Below, piece by piece: positions 37,566-47,752 of a DNA stretch of 64,000 nucleotides. This DNA is from an uncultured Spirochaetota bacterium (lineage in GTDB: Bacteria; Spirochaetota; Spirochaetia; Treponematales; UBA12059). Both the position numbers and the translations under genes were made by a program. Under the pieces are notes generated by a model that made no database searches, was not told where the DNA came from, and saw only the letters and a program-made list of their open reading frames with translations. The stretch spans positions 22 through 64,021 of the forward strand of contig CALMRC010000053.1 of assembly GCA_937873275.1 (NCBI GenBank), read 5' to 3'. The first letter of the stretch is position 1. Each line of letters opens with the position of its first letter.

Positions 37566-38444
37566 ATGGAATACGGACGACTGATCGTGGCCTTGGCCAC
37601 ACCCTTCCGACCGGACCTGGAAGTGGACTACGACAAGACCGCCGAGCTGGCCCGCAAGCTGGTCGCGGACGGGGCCACCGCCTTCGTCTCCGCGGGAACC
37701 ACCGGAGAATCCCCCACCCTCTCCCGGGAGGAACGGATCGAGCTGATCCGGACCCTCAAGAAGGCGGTACCGGTCCCGGTCATAGCGAACGTCGGCACCA
37801 ACGATACCCGGGCCTCCATCCGCAACGCCAAGGACGCCGAGGAGGCCGGGGCGGACGGTCTTCTATTGGTGGTGCCCTACTACAACAAACCCGACCAGGG
37901 GATGCTGTACGACCATTTCAAGACGATCGCCGAGTGCGTGAAAATCCCCTCCATGCTCTACAACGTCCCCGGCCGGACCGCCGCCAGCGTCCGTCCCGAG
38001 ACGGTGGTCAAGCTCTCCCGGGACGTGCCGAACATCCGGTTCGTGAAGGAGGCTTCCGGGGACCTGGACGCCCTGACACAGATCGTCCGGGACGCGGCTC
38101 CGGGCTTCCGGGCCTACACCGGCGACGACTCCCTGACCCTCCCGAGCCTGTCCGTCGGGGCCTACGGGGTGGTCAGCGTGTCGGGCCACGTCATCGGGAA
38201 GCAGATGAAGGAGATGATCGAGGCCTACACGGCCGGCTATGTGGTCAAGGCCGCGGAACTCCACGGGAAGCTCCTGCCCCTCAACAAGGCCCTCTTCCTC
38301 CAACCCAATCCCGTGCCCCTGAAGGCGGCCCTGAAGCTCGTCGGCTTCGACGCGGGCTCCCTGCGCCCCCCCCTCAAGGACGCGTCCCTGGAGGTGGTCC
38401 AGGCCCTCAAGAAGGCCCTCCTGGACCTGGGGCTCCTGCCGTGA
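37566..38444 (+). CDS. dapA: DapA-family lyase (4-hydroxy-tetrahydrodipicolinate synthase or a paralogous imino-acid deaminase)
   Basis: GTTGESPTL, PYYNKP, YNVPGRT and FVKEASGD (Schiff-base Lys) motifs. Confidence 0.75.
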   Translation: MEYGRLIVALATPFRPDLEVDYDKTAELARKLVADGATAFVSAGTTGESPTLSREERIELIRTLKKAVPVPVIANVGTNDTRASIRNAKDAEEAGADGLLLVVPYYNKPDQGMLYDHFKTIAECVKIPSMLYNVPGRTAASVRPETVVKLSRDVPNIRFVKEASGDLDALTQIVRDAAPGFRAYTGDDSLTLPSLSVGAYGVVSVSGHVIGKQMKEMIEAYTAGYVVKAAELHGKLLPLNKALFLQPNPVPLKAALKLVGFDAGSLRPPLKDASLEVVQALKKALLDLGLLP

Positions 38445-38800
38445 CGGATGCCCCGGAACTGTCCGCGGTGAACCGGGTGACCCGGCACGCGGTCCTGGGG
38501 GACCTGGAGGCCGCCCGGGAGGTGAGGATCTGGTTCGAAGGCCGGCCCCTTTCGGCCCGGGAGGGGGAGCCCATCCTCTCGGCCCTGGTCGCCGCGGGGG
38601 TCGGGGTTCTCCGGCACACCAAGAAGGGCTCGCCCCGCCGGATGTTCTGCGGCATCGGCCGGTGCACGGACTGCGTCATGACCGTGGACGGGGTGCCCGG
38701 GGTCCGCACCTGCGTTACCGCGGTCCGGGACGGGATGCGGGTGGAACGCCAGGCGGGCGTCGGACGCTGGGCCCGGGAGGAGGAACGGGATGGAGCGTGA
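38441..38800 (+). CDS. Small [2Fe-2S] subunit (Fer2_4; HcnA/OoxA-N/LhpF-like)
   Basis: GTG at 38441 overlaps the dapA stop as GTGA. FCGIGRCTDCVMTVDGVPGVRTCVT Cys cluster. The listed 288-aa ORF is this gene plus an upstream shadow. Confidence 0.7.
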   Translation: MTDAPELSAVNRVTRHAVLGDLEAAREVRIWFEGRPLSAREGEPILSALVAAGVGVLRHTKKGSPRRMFCGIGRCTDCVMTVDGVPGVRTCVTAVRDGMRVERQAGVGRWAREEERDGA

Positions 38801-39896
38801 AACCCGGCCCGCCGTCGTCGTGGGCGCGGGCCCCGCGGGGCTCTGCGCCGCGATCGAGCTGAAACGGGCGGGAGCCCCGGTCCTCCTCCTGGACGAGAAC
38901 TCCAAGCCCGGGGGCCAGCTGTTCAAGCAGATCCACAAGTTCTTCGGATCCCAGGAGCACCGGGCCGGGGTCCGGGGCTTCGAGATCGGGAAAGACCTGC
39001 TCCGGGAGTCCCTGGACCTGGGGATCGACGTCCGCCTGGACACGGAGGTCGTGGGCCTTGACCCCAACCTGAACGTCTGGGCCGTCGAGGCCCGGAAGCG
39101 GTCCTACACCCTGGAAGCCTCCCGGGTCATCCTGGCCACGGGAGCCACGGAGAACGCCGTCCCCTTCCCGGGGTGGACCCTCCCGGGGGTCATGACCGCG
39201 GGCTGCGCCCAGACCCTGATCAACGTCCACCGGGTCCTTCCCGGAAGGCGGGTCCTGGTCGTCGGCTCCGGCAACGTGGGGGTCATCGTGGCCTACCAGC
39301 TCCTCCAGGCCGGGGCCGAGGTGGCCGCGGTCATCGAGGCCGCGCCGGCCCTGGGAGGCTACGGGGTGCACACCGCCAAGGTGCGGCGCGCCGGGGTTCC
39401 GATGCTGGTCCGGACCACGATCGTCCGGGCCGAGGGGTCCGAGGGGGTGGAGCGGGCCGTCCTGGCCGAGGTGGACGGGAAGTTCAAGCCCGTGCCCGGT
39501 ACGGAGAGGACCCTGGAGGTGGATGCGATCTGCCTGGCCGTGGGGCTCACCCCCTCGATCGAACTGGCCGCCCTGGCGGGCTGCCGGACCTTCTTCGTCC
39601 CGGAGCTCGGGGGTCACATGCCTCTGCACGACGAGTTCATGCGCTCCAGCGTCCCGGCGGTCTACGTGGTCGGGGACATCGCGGGGGTCGAGGAGGCCAG
39701 CACCGCCATGGAGGAAGGCCGCCTGGCCGGAATCCACGCCGCCCATTCCATGGGCTACCTGGACCGGGAGGAGATGGAGAGGCGTACCGCCGATACCCGG
39801 CGCCGCCTCCGGGCCCTCCGGCAGGGAGTCTTCGGCGAAAAGCGCTTCGTCGCCAAGGAGAGGGTCCTGGCGGAAAAGGAGAAGGAATGCCCGTGA
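38790..39896 (+). CDS. NAD(P)/FAD-dependent pyridine-nucleotide-disulfide-type oxidoreductase (HcnB/LhpE/alpha-type subunit)
   Basis: VVVGAGPAGLCAA and VVGSGNVGVIVA double Rossmann motifs, plus VYVVGDIAG. Confidence 0.8.
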   Translation: MERETRPAVVVGAGPAGLCAAIELKRAGAPVLLLDENSKPGGQLFKQIHKFFGSQEHRAGVRGFEIGKDLLRESLDLGIDVRLDTEVVGLDPNLNVWAVEARKRSYTLEASRVILATGATENAVPFPGWTLPGVMTAGCAQTLINVHRVLPGRRVLVVGSGNVGVIVAYQLLQAGAEVAAVIEAAPALGGYGVHTAKVRRAGVPMLVRTTIVRAEGSEGVERAVLAEVDGKFKPVPGTERTLEVDAICLAVGLTPSIELAALAGCRTFFVPELGGHMPLHDEFMRSSVPAVYVVGDIAGVEEASTAMEEGRLAGIHAAHSMGYLDREEMERRTADTRRRLRALRQGVFGEKRFVAKERVLAEKEKECP

Positions 39897-40420
39897 ACCC
39901 GGACTCCCCGGATCTCGACGAACGGACCCTGAAGACCCTGGGCGCGCCCTCCCTGGCGGAGCTCAAGGCCGCGGGGGTCGTGCCCTCCCGGGAGGAGATG
40001 GCCGCCCGGCCCTGCGTCTGCGTGGAGTGCATCGAGGAGATCCCCTGCAATCCCTGCGAGACCTCCTGCCCCCAGGGCGCCCTGACCGTCGGCCAGCCCA
40101 TCACGAACCTGCCCGTCCTGGACCGGGACAAATGCACGGCCTGCGGCCTGTGCATCCCCGCCTGCCCGGGGCTGGCGGTGGTCATCAAGAGCCTGGAGGG
40201 GAACCTCGCCAAGATCCGGTTCCCCTGGGAATACCTCCCCGGCCCGGCCAAGGGCGAGGAGGTCGAGATGGTCGACCGCCTGGGGAATCCCGTCTGCCCG
40301 GGCACCGTGGTGTCCGTGATCAACCCGGCCCGGAACAACCGGACCGCCGTCGTGACCGCGGAATTCCCCGCGGAGCACGTGGACGAAGTCATATCGATGC
40401 GGAGGAAGACATGGCCCTGA
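39887..40420 (+). CDS. Cys-rich 4Fe-4S ferredoxin-domain protein
   Basis: ATG at 39887 overlaps the upstream stop by 10 nt. CVCVECIEEIPCNPCETSCP and CTACGLCIPACP clusters. Confidence 0.7.
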   Translation: MPVNPDSPDLDERTLKTLGAPSLAELKAAGVVPSREEMAARPCVCVECIEEIPCNPCETSCPQGALTVGQPITNLPVLDRDKCTACGLCIPACPGLAVVIKSLEGNLAKIRFPWEYLPGPAKGEEVEMVDRLGNPVCPGTVVSVINPARNNRTAVVTAEFPAEHVDEVISMRRKTWP

Positions 40421-41406
40421 TCGTGCAGAAATTCGGCGGAACCTCCGTGGCCGACGAGAAGGCCCGGGAACACCTGGCCGCCAAGGCCGAGGCCGCCCGC
40501 GCCCGGGGAGACCGGGTCGTCCTGGTCGTCTCCGCCATGGGACGCCGAGGGGCCCCCTACGCCACGGACACCCTCCTGGACCTCCTCGCGCCCTTCGGGG
40601 ACGGGGCGGACGCCCCCGTCCGGGACCTGATGGCCTCCTGCGGCGAGGTCGTGTCCGCCTGCCTGGTGGCGGCCTTCCTCTCCTCCCGGGGCACCCCGGC
40701 GGTCCCCATGACCGCCTTCACCGCGGGCATCCGGGCGGAGGGCCCCTACGGGGACGCGACGCCCGTCGCGGCGGACGCGGCCCGGATCCGGGCGGTCCTG
40801 GACGCGGGGAAGGTTCCCGTGGTGACGGGCTTCCAGGGCGTCAATCCGGAGGGACAGCTGGCCACCCTGGGACGGGGCGGCAGCGACACCACCGCCGTGG
40901 CCCTGGCCGCCTTCCTGGGCGCCGACTACGCGGACATCTACACGGACGTCCCCGGGGTGGCCGCGGCGGATCCCCGGATCGTCCCGGACGCCCCCTTCCT
41001 GGACTACCTGGATTACCGCTCCATGTACCGGCTGGCGGCCTTCGGCGCCCGGGTCCTCCACGACCGCTCGGCCAAGATCGCCGAGGAGCGGGGGGTCCGG
41101 GTCCGGGTCCTGTCCACCTTCGACGACCGGCCCGGGACCCTGATCGGCCCCGGGCGGCCGGGAGTCCCGGAACCGGCTTTCCTGGGCATCGCGGTGGACA
41201 AGAAGGGACCGGAGTCCTCGGTGGTCACCATCCTCTTCCGTACCGGCCGGGGCGGGGAGGGAGCGGGAAAGGCTGCCCATGCGGCGGCCCCCTGGTCCCG
41301 GGACCGCGTCCCGTCGGAGGACCCGGACGTCGTGTCCTTCCGGTGCCCCGCCGCTTCCGCCCCGGACCTGGCCCGGGCCCTGTTCGCCGCCTTCCGGAGC
41401 GCGTGA
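40411..41406 (+). CDS. Short aspartokinase-family (amino acid kinase) protein, 331 aa
   Basis: MALIVQKFGGTSVAD, VVVSAMG and LGRGGSDTTAVALA motifs. Only about 60 aa follow the kinase core, so the usual tandem ACT region looks truncated. Overlaps the upstream stop by 10 nt. Confidence 0.8.
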   Translation: MALIVQKFGGTSVADEKAREHLAAKAEAARARGDRVVLVVSAMGRRGAPYATDTLLDLLAPFGDGADAPVRDLMASCGEVVSACLVAAFLSSRGTPAVPMTAFTAGIRAEGPYGDATPVAADAARIRAVLDAGKVPVVTGFQGVNPEGQLATLGRGGSDTTAVALAAFLGADYADIYTDVPGVAAADPRIVPDAPFLDYLDYRSMYRLAAFGARVLHDRSAKIAEERGVRVRVLSTFDDRPGTLIGPGRPGVPEPAFLGIAVDKKGPESSVVTILFRTGRGGEGAGKAAHAAAPWSRDRVPSEDPDVVSFRCPAASAPDLARALFAAFRSA

Positions 41407-41434
41407 GCCGCGTTCCGGAACCGCCTTCGTCGAG

Positions 41435-41456
41435 GGGGACGGCTGCGTCCGTCCCC
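41435..41456. terminator. Stem-loop between convergent genes
   Basis: GGGGACGG-ctgcgt-CCGTCCCC. It lies between the aspartokinase stop (41406, +) and the ABM gene stop (41462, -). Confidence 0.45.
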
Positions 41457-41461
41457 TCTCG

Positions 41462-41764
41462 CTAAAGCCCGTTCTTGAAGGCCGACACCTCGTAGATCCG
41501 GATGTCCGCCGGAGCTTCGAGGAGGTCCTTCAGGGCCGCCCGGAACTCCGCCAGGTGCGGAGCCTTCAAATGGGCGTCCAGGGCCTCCCGGCTCTCCCAG
41601 TGCTCGAAGAGGAAGAAGGTCCGGTCGTCGTCGATCCCCGCGTAAAAGGTATAATCCACGTTCCCGGCTTCGCACCGGGTCTTCCCGGAGCAGATCCGGG
41701 CGGCCCGGAGCGCCTCCTCGCGCTTCCCGGGCTTTGCCTTGTAGGTGACGGCGATGGCGAGCAT
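41462..41764 (-). CDS. Antibiotic-biosynthesis-monooxygenase (ABM) domain protein
   Basis: Trimmed to MLAIAVTYKAKPGK (ATG at 41764, GGAGGGA RBS). FLFEHWESREALDAHLKAPH is typical of ABM. Confidence 0.75.
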   Translation of the reverse strand: MLAIAVTYKAKPGKREEALRAARICSGKTRCEAGNVDYTFYAGIDDDRTFFLFEHWESREALDAHLKAPHLAEFRAALKDLLEAPADIRIYEVSAFKNGL

Positions 41765-41884
41765 GTTCCCTCCTGCGGAGTATCGAGATTCGGCTAGGGC
41801 ATAGTACCGAAGGCGGAGGGTTTGATAAAGCGGGAACGGACGGCCCGCGATGCGGCGACCGACGATCGAATCTTGTTTTACCTC

Positions 41885-41934
41885 TTGACTCATTGTACTA
41901 GTTCAAGTATGCTTGTACTAGTTAAATAGTACAA
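41885..41934 (+). promoter_or_regulatory. Promoter candidate (TTGACT-17-TATGCT) with TTGTACTAGTT direct repeats and an inverted repeat
   Basis: TTGACT is at 41885-41890 and TATGCT at 41908-41913. TTGTACTAGTT occurs at 41893-41903 and 41913-41923. TTGTACTA/TAGTACAA form an inverted repeat at 41913-41934. Confidence 0.5.
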
Positions 41935-41961
41935 AAGAGCGAAACCCCAAGGAGGTACGCC

Positions 41962-42641
<680 letters not shown>

Positions 42642-42645
<4 letters not shown>

Positions 42646-44387
42646 ACGCGGCGGCTTTCCGGGACGTGGCGGGCATGGCCCTGCGGAACCTCGGGCGCCA
42701 CCGGGTCAAGACGGTCATCACCACGGCCGCCGTGGCGATCAGCGCGGCCCTGTACATCTTCATGGACGGTTGGATCCTCGGGATGAACCTGGAATCCCGC
42801 CGGAACATAGCGGCCTACGAGATGGGGGCGGCCAAGATCCAGACCAAGGCCTACTTCGACAAGAAGGACGAGCTTCCCATGTACGAGAATTTCCCGGGAT
42901 GGGAGACCCTGGCCCGGGACCTCGCGAAGGCGGGCTTCGACTCCGCCCCCCGCTTCACGTTCACCGGCACCCTGTACTCCCGGGCCGGGACCGCCCCGCT
43001 CGTCTTCAACGCGGTGGACCCGGAGAGCGAGAGAAGGCTGCTGCGGTACGTTCCGTACGTGGAATCCGGCCGGTTCCCGAGGGACGGGGCCCTGGAGCTG
43101 GCCGTCGGGTCCCTGGCGGCGGAGAAGCTGCGCGTGGGCATCCCCGACCGTCCGACCCGGTCCGAATACGAGGCGGAAATTCTGGGCGCCGCGGCCACGG
43201 AGGAGGACCGGGCCTTCGTTCGGAGCCTTTACGGGCCGCCCCGGACCTCCAAGGAACCGCGCAAGCCGTTCTCCGTCCCGGACAAGGCCGCCCCGGCCTT
43301 CGAGGAGGAGAAGCTCGCTCTGAAGGAGGGAGTCTCGGGGGAGGAGCGGGAACGCCTATGGCGCATCCTGGCGGCCTCCGGGCGCATGGACGTCCGCATC
43401 TCGACGGTGATCGACGTCAAGGCCGCCCCCGACTCCATCCGGAAGAACAAGTTCGAGCAGGAGCTGCTGCCGTCCCTGGACGCCGGGGCTCAGGCCCTCG
43501 TCCGATCCGCCTACGAGCCCGATCCGGCCACCGGCGACTACTACCTCGCGTCGGCCGACGACGCCCTGACCTCCCGGGTCCTGGAAACGATGGTGGCGGC
43601 GGACTACCCCGGCGCCATCCGGCACATCAACCAGCTCATAGACGCCGTCGTGGTCGGCGTGGTCAACTCCCCCAACCCCAAGACGAACGGCAGCGTGGGG
43701 TACATCCCCCTGAGCGCCCTCCAGGACGAGGCCGGACTCATGCTGGGCGGAGCCGTGACCGAGATCCTGATCCGGAAGGCGGGCGCGGACGACGCCGAGA
43801 TCCCCGGTTCCGCCGAATCGCCCGCCGCCATCCGCGCCGCGCTGGACCGGGTCCTCGCCGCCGACGGCCGGACCTTCCCGGACAACCTGGACGTGCGGGG
43901 GTGGAAGGACTACTCCGCGGATTACTTGGCCGCCTCGGCCGGGGACGAGGTTTCCACCCGGGTCATGATCCTGTTCCTGTTCGTGCTCTCCTTCATCGGG
44001 ATATCCAACACGATGCTGATGGCCATCCTGGAGCGCACCAAGGAGACGGGCATGCTCCGGGCCCTCGGCATGACGGACGGGCAGGTGCTCCTGGCCTACA
44101 CTCTGGAGGCGGGCCTGATCGGCGCCATCGGGTCGGCGATCGGGATCCTCCTGGGCTGCCTCATCAACATCCCCATGGTGGCCTACGGGATCGATTATTC
44201 CGCGGCGGCGCGGGAGATGGGGGGGGATTTCGGGTACCGCATCGTCGCGCTCTTCCGCTCCGCGTGGAACCCGCCGGTGATCGCGGCCACCGGGGTCGTC
44301 GCCACGGTGCTGTCGGCGGTCGCGGCCATCCCCCCGACCCTGCGGGCTCTCCGCATGCCCGTCACCGAAAGCCTGCGGTTCGAATGA
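42642..44387 (+). CDS. FtsX/MacB-type ABC permease with enlarged periplasmic domain (581 aa)
   Basis: ATG at 42642 overlaps the upstream stop as ATGA. The N-terminus LRNLGRHRVKTVIT is typical of the family. The C-terminal FtsX 3-TM bundle (ISNTMLMAILERTKETGMLRALGM) is present. Confidence 0.85.
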
Positions 44388-44397
44388 GGAGGTCGCC

Positions 44398-45678
44398 GTG
44401 AAACGCCTGGAGAACCAAGACGGAACGGGCGGCCTGGCCGCCCTGCTGACGATAGCCTACCGGAACATCTGGCGGAACGGCCGGCGCACCGCGCTCTGCG
44501 TGACGGCCATCGCCATTGCCGTGTTCTTCAACATCTTCATGCAGGCCTGGATCGTGGGGATGCTCCGGAGCATCGAAGAGGTCGTCCGGACCTACGAGAC
44601 CGGCCACGTCAACGTGGTGTCGTCCCTCTTCGAGAACGACAAGGAGTACTATCCCGTGCAGTACCCTGTGGCCGACGGACGGAGCGCGGACGAACTGGTC
44701 TCCCGGATCGAGGCGATACCGGGGGTGAAGGCGGCCCTGCCCCGCGTCACGGCCTACGCGACCCTCTTCGACAGCACGGTCAAGCACGCGCTCCTGTGGG
44801 GCATCGATCCCGACCGGGAACGGCGGGTCAATCTCTTCAACCTGACGGACCGGAACGACGGAATGTCGCGGGGGCGCTATCCCCGGATGGGGACCAACGA
44901 GTGCGCAATAGGATTCGAGATGGCCCGCAAGACCGGCTTGGGGATCGGGGACAGGATCCCGCTCAAGACCGTCTCCGCCCAATTCTCCGACAAGTACTGG
45001 AACCCCGAGATCGTGGGGATCTTCCGGTTCGACTACCGCCGCTTCGACGAGGACGTCATCATCGTGCCGATCGACCGGCTGAGCCGCATCCTGGTCCTGG
45101 GCGGGGGGACGCAGCAGCTCTTCGTGTACGCCGAGGACCCCGGCCGCACCTCCGCGATCCGGTCGGAGGTGGCCGGCGTCGTGGGAGCCGGGAACGTCGT
45201 CCGCGCCTGGACCGACAACTACTGGGTGGCCATCATGAAGCAGAGCACCTTCCTCTTCTACGTCATCTTCGGGGTCTTCCAGGTCGTGGCCAGCTTCCTC
45301 ATCATCAACACCGTGCTCATGGTCATCCACGAACGGATCAAGGAGATCGGCATGATGGGGGCCCTGGGCATGACGCGCCGGGAGATCGTCCTGGTCTTCT
45401 TCTTCGAGGCGGTCTACCTCAGCGTGATCGGCGCGGCCGCGGGCTGCCTGGTCGGGGGCCTGGCCTCCTGGATCGGCTCCCTGTTCCCGATAGACCTCAA
45501 CACCTTCACCGGAGGCGGCATGAAGGACATGCCCATCTCCAGCACGATCTTCCTGGCATTCTCGCCGGGCATCCTGGCTCAAGGCTTCGCGTTCGGCGTG
45601 GCGGTATCGGCGGCCTGCACGCTCATCCCGTCCCTAAGGAGCGCGTTCATCGAGCCGGTGGAAGCCCTGCGCCGATGA
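44398..45678 (+). CDS. FtsX/LolC-E-type ABC permease (426 aa)
   Basis: YRNIWRNGRRTAL N-terminus. The C-terminal part has INTVLMVIHERIKEIGMMGALGM. GTG start. Confidence 0.85.
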   Translation: MKRLENQDGTGGLAALLTIAYRNIWRNGRRTALCVTAIAIAVFFNIFMQAWIVGMLRSIEEVVRTYETGHVNVVSSLFENDKEYYPVQYPVADGRSADELVSRIEAIPGVKAALPRVTAYATLFDSTVKHALLWGIDPDRERRVNLFNLTDRNDGMSRGRYPRMGTNECAIGFEMARKTGLGIGDRIPLKTVSAQFSDKYWNPEIVGIFRFDYRRFDEDVIIVPIDRLSRILVLGGGTQQLFVYAEDPGRTSAIRSEVAGVVGAGNVVRAWTDNYWVAIMKQSTFLFYVIFGVFQVVASFLIINTVLMVIHERIKEIGMMGALGMTRREIVLVFFFEAVYLSVIGAAAGCLVGGLASWIGSLFPIDLNTFTGGGMKDMPISSTIFLAFSPGILAQGFAFGVAVSAACTLIPSLRSAFIEPVEALRR

Positions 45679-45704
45679 GCCGGGGACAGAACAAGGAGCA
45701 TGAC

Positions 45705-46445
45705 ATGAAGCGCATGATCGTTTCGGCCCTGGCGGCGTTCATACTGGCGGCCTCGGCCCGGGCCCAGGATCCCTCGGCGGCGGAACTGCTCGCCCGCGTG
45801 GACTCCAACGAGGTCTATTCGTCCATCTCCTACAAGGGCCGGATGACCATCGAATACCAGGGCAAGCGGTACGTGAAGACCTTCGAGGCCTTCGCGCGGG
45901 GCGGCTCCGATTCCTACGTGGAGTTCCTCAATCCGGAGGACAAGGGGACGAAGTACCTCAAGACGGAGGGGAGGCTGTACGTCTATTCACCGGACTCCGA
46001 GGAGGTCATGCTGATATCGGGGCACCTCCTCAAGGAGTCGATGATGGGATCCGACCTCTCGTACGAGGACACCATCGACAACGAGAAGCTCTCCGCCCGG
46101 TACGTCCCGACCCTGGCCGGGAAGGAGACCCTGGAGGGCCGGGAAGCCTGGGTCCTGGACCTCGCGGCCCGGAAGAAGACCGAGAGCTACCCGAGGCAGA
46201 AGCTCTGGGTGGACGTCGTGACGGGGGACCTCCTCCGCTTCGAACTCTACGCCCTGTCCGGTTCCAAGCTCAAGGAGTACGTCCTGCTCAAGGCCCAGGC
46301 CATCGGGGGACGGAGATTCCCGGTGGAGTTCGAGATGCGGGACCTCCTGCGCAAGGGGAGCCGGACGGTCTTCCTCATGTCCGACGTGGTCCTGGACGCT
46401 CGCGTGCCGGACTCGGTCTTTTCCCTTAGGAACCTGGAACGATGA
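45705..46445 (+). CDS. LolA-like outer-membrane lipoprotein-sorting (carrier) family protein
   Basis: ATG at 45705 behind AAGGAG. Signal peptide MKRMIVSALAAFILAASARA. Then the pattern ELLARVD...YKGRMTIEY...YVEFLNPEDKGTKYLK, as in LolA-like domain proteins. Confidence 0.65.
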   Translation: MKRMIVSALAAFILAASARAQDPSAAELLARVDSNEVYSSISYKGRMTIEYQGKRYVKTFEAFARGGSDSYVEFLNPEDKGTKYLKTEGRLYVYSPDSEEVMLISGHLLKESMMGSDLSYEDTIDNEKLSARYVPTLAGKETLEGREAWVLDLAARKKTESYPRQKLWVDVVTGDLLRFELYALSGSKLKEYVLLKAQAIGGRRFPVEFEMRDLLRKGSRTVFLMSDVVLDARVPDSVFSLRNLER

Positions 46446-47743
46446 GCGCCGCCGCCGGGCCCGTTCCGTCGCCGGTCCCTCTCCGCCGGCCATCCGCCCC
46501 GCGGCGCGCCAGCGCGGCCCGCAGGGCGGCCCCGGCGGTCCTGGCCCTCCTCGCCGCGGCCGCGGGTGCCGGGGCCGACGCCCCGGAGCTGTCGGGAACC
46601 CTCGTCTCCTCGGCCGCCGCCTCGGCCGGGGCCGGAGGGGCGGCGGTCTTTTCCATGGGCTGGGAGGAGTACTGCAACCTGCGCCTGAAGGCGGCCGCGG
46701 GGGAGAGGGGCACGGTCTACGCCGCCGCGAACCTGGTCGCGGCCTCGGGGTCCTACCTCCCGCCCGCCGCGGTCCTTGCCCAGACCGCCTTCGTCGCCGG
46801 GGAGAACTACGCGGCGGCCCTCGAGCTGGAGCGGCTCTACCTCCGGATCCGGGGAGAGGCCCTGGACTTCGAGGCGGGGCTTCTCCGGCTGTCCCTGGGC
46901 TACGGCCCCGCCTGGCGCCCCGTGGACTTCCTTTCCCCGCCGAATCCCCTGGTGCCGGACGCCCGGCCCCGGGGCCTCCTCGGCGCGGTCGTCTCGGCCT
47001 ATCCCTCGGGGACCTCCCGGATCAAGGCCTTCCTGGCGGCCCCCACCGACCCCCGGGACGCCGAGGCGGAAGGCACGGCCCTGGGGGTCGCGGGGGACGT
47101 CCACGGCGGCCGGGCGAGCCTCCTGGGCCTGTACGCCTTCCGCACCCCGGAGCCGGGATACCCCCGGGGACGGCACATCGCGGGGCTCTCCGCCAAACTG
47201 GAGGCCGGGGCGGGCTTCGTGCTGGACGCCCTGTACGAATGGAACCCGGATGCCGGGGCCGGGTGGAACGGCCTGCGGGCCGCGGTGGGGGCGGATTATT
47301 CCCTGTTCGGGGGGGACCTCTACGTCCTGGGTCAGTACCTCTACAACGGGCCGGGCGCCCTGGATCCCGGGGACGACGTCGGGGACCTGTACGATTCCTC
47401 CGGGGATCCCTGGTACGAGACCGCCCCCGCCGAGCGCCTGCCCGCCCCGGGGGTCGAACCCTCCGCGTTCAACCGCAGGAACTACCTCCTGGCGTCCTTC
47501 CTCTACCGGTTCGGGGATTACACCCGGGCGACCCTTTCCTGCGCGGCCTGCCTGGACGACCTGTCCTTCCTGCCCTCCCTGACGGTCGAGCACGAGCCCT
47601 TCCAGGGCCTCGCGGTCTCCGGGACGGTCCGTGTGCCCCTGGACGCCCGGAGCCTTTCGGGATCCGGCGGCTACGGGGAGCTCGGCCCCGCCAATTCCGG
47701 CAGCCGGGGTTCGGTCACCCTCTCCGCGAAGCTGAGGTTCTGA
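46442..47743 (+). CDS. Putative outer-membrane beta-barrel protein
   Basis: Ala-rich signal region. Alternating amphipathic strands. The C-terminus ...VTLSAKLRF ends in an aromatic residue. Overlaps the upstream stop by 4 nt. Confidence 0.55.
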   Translation: MSAAAGPVPSPVPLRRPSAPRRASAARRAAPAVLALLAAAAGAGADAPELSGTLVSSAAASAGAGGAAVFSMGWEEYCNLRLKAAAGERGTVYAAANLVAASGSYLPPAAVLAQTAFVAGENYAAALELERLYLRIRGEALDFEAGLLRLSLGYGPAWRPVDFLSPPNPLVPDARPRGLLGAVVSAYPSGTSRIKAFLAAPTDPRDAEAEGTALGVAGDVHGGRASLLGLYAFRTPEPGYPRGRHIAGLSAKLEAGAGFVLDALYEWNPDAGAGWNGLRAAVGADYSLFGGDLYVLGQYLYNGPGALDPGDDVGDLYDSSGDPWYETAPAERLPAPGVEPSAFNRRNYLLASFLYRFGDYTRATLSCAACLDDLSFLPSLTVEHEPFQGLAVSGTVRVPLDARSLSGSGGYGELGPANSGSRGSVTLSAKLRF

Positions 47744-47752
47744 TACGCTTCG

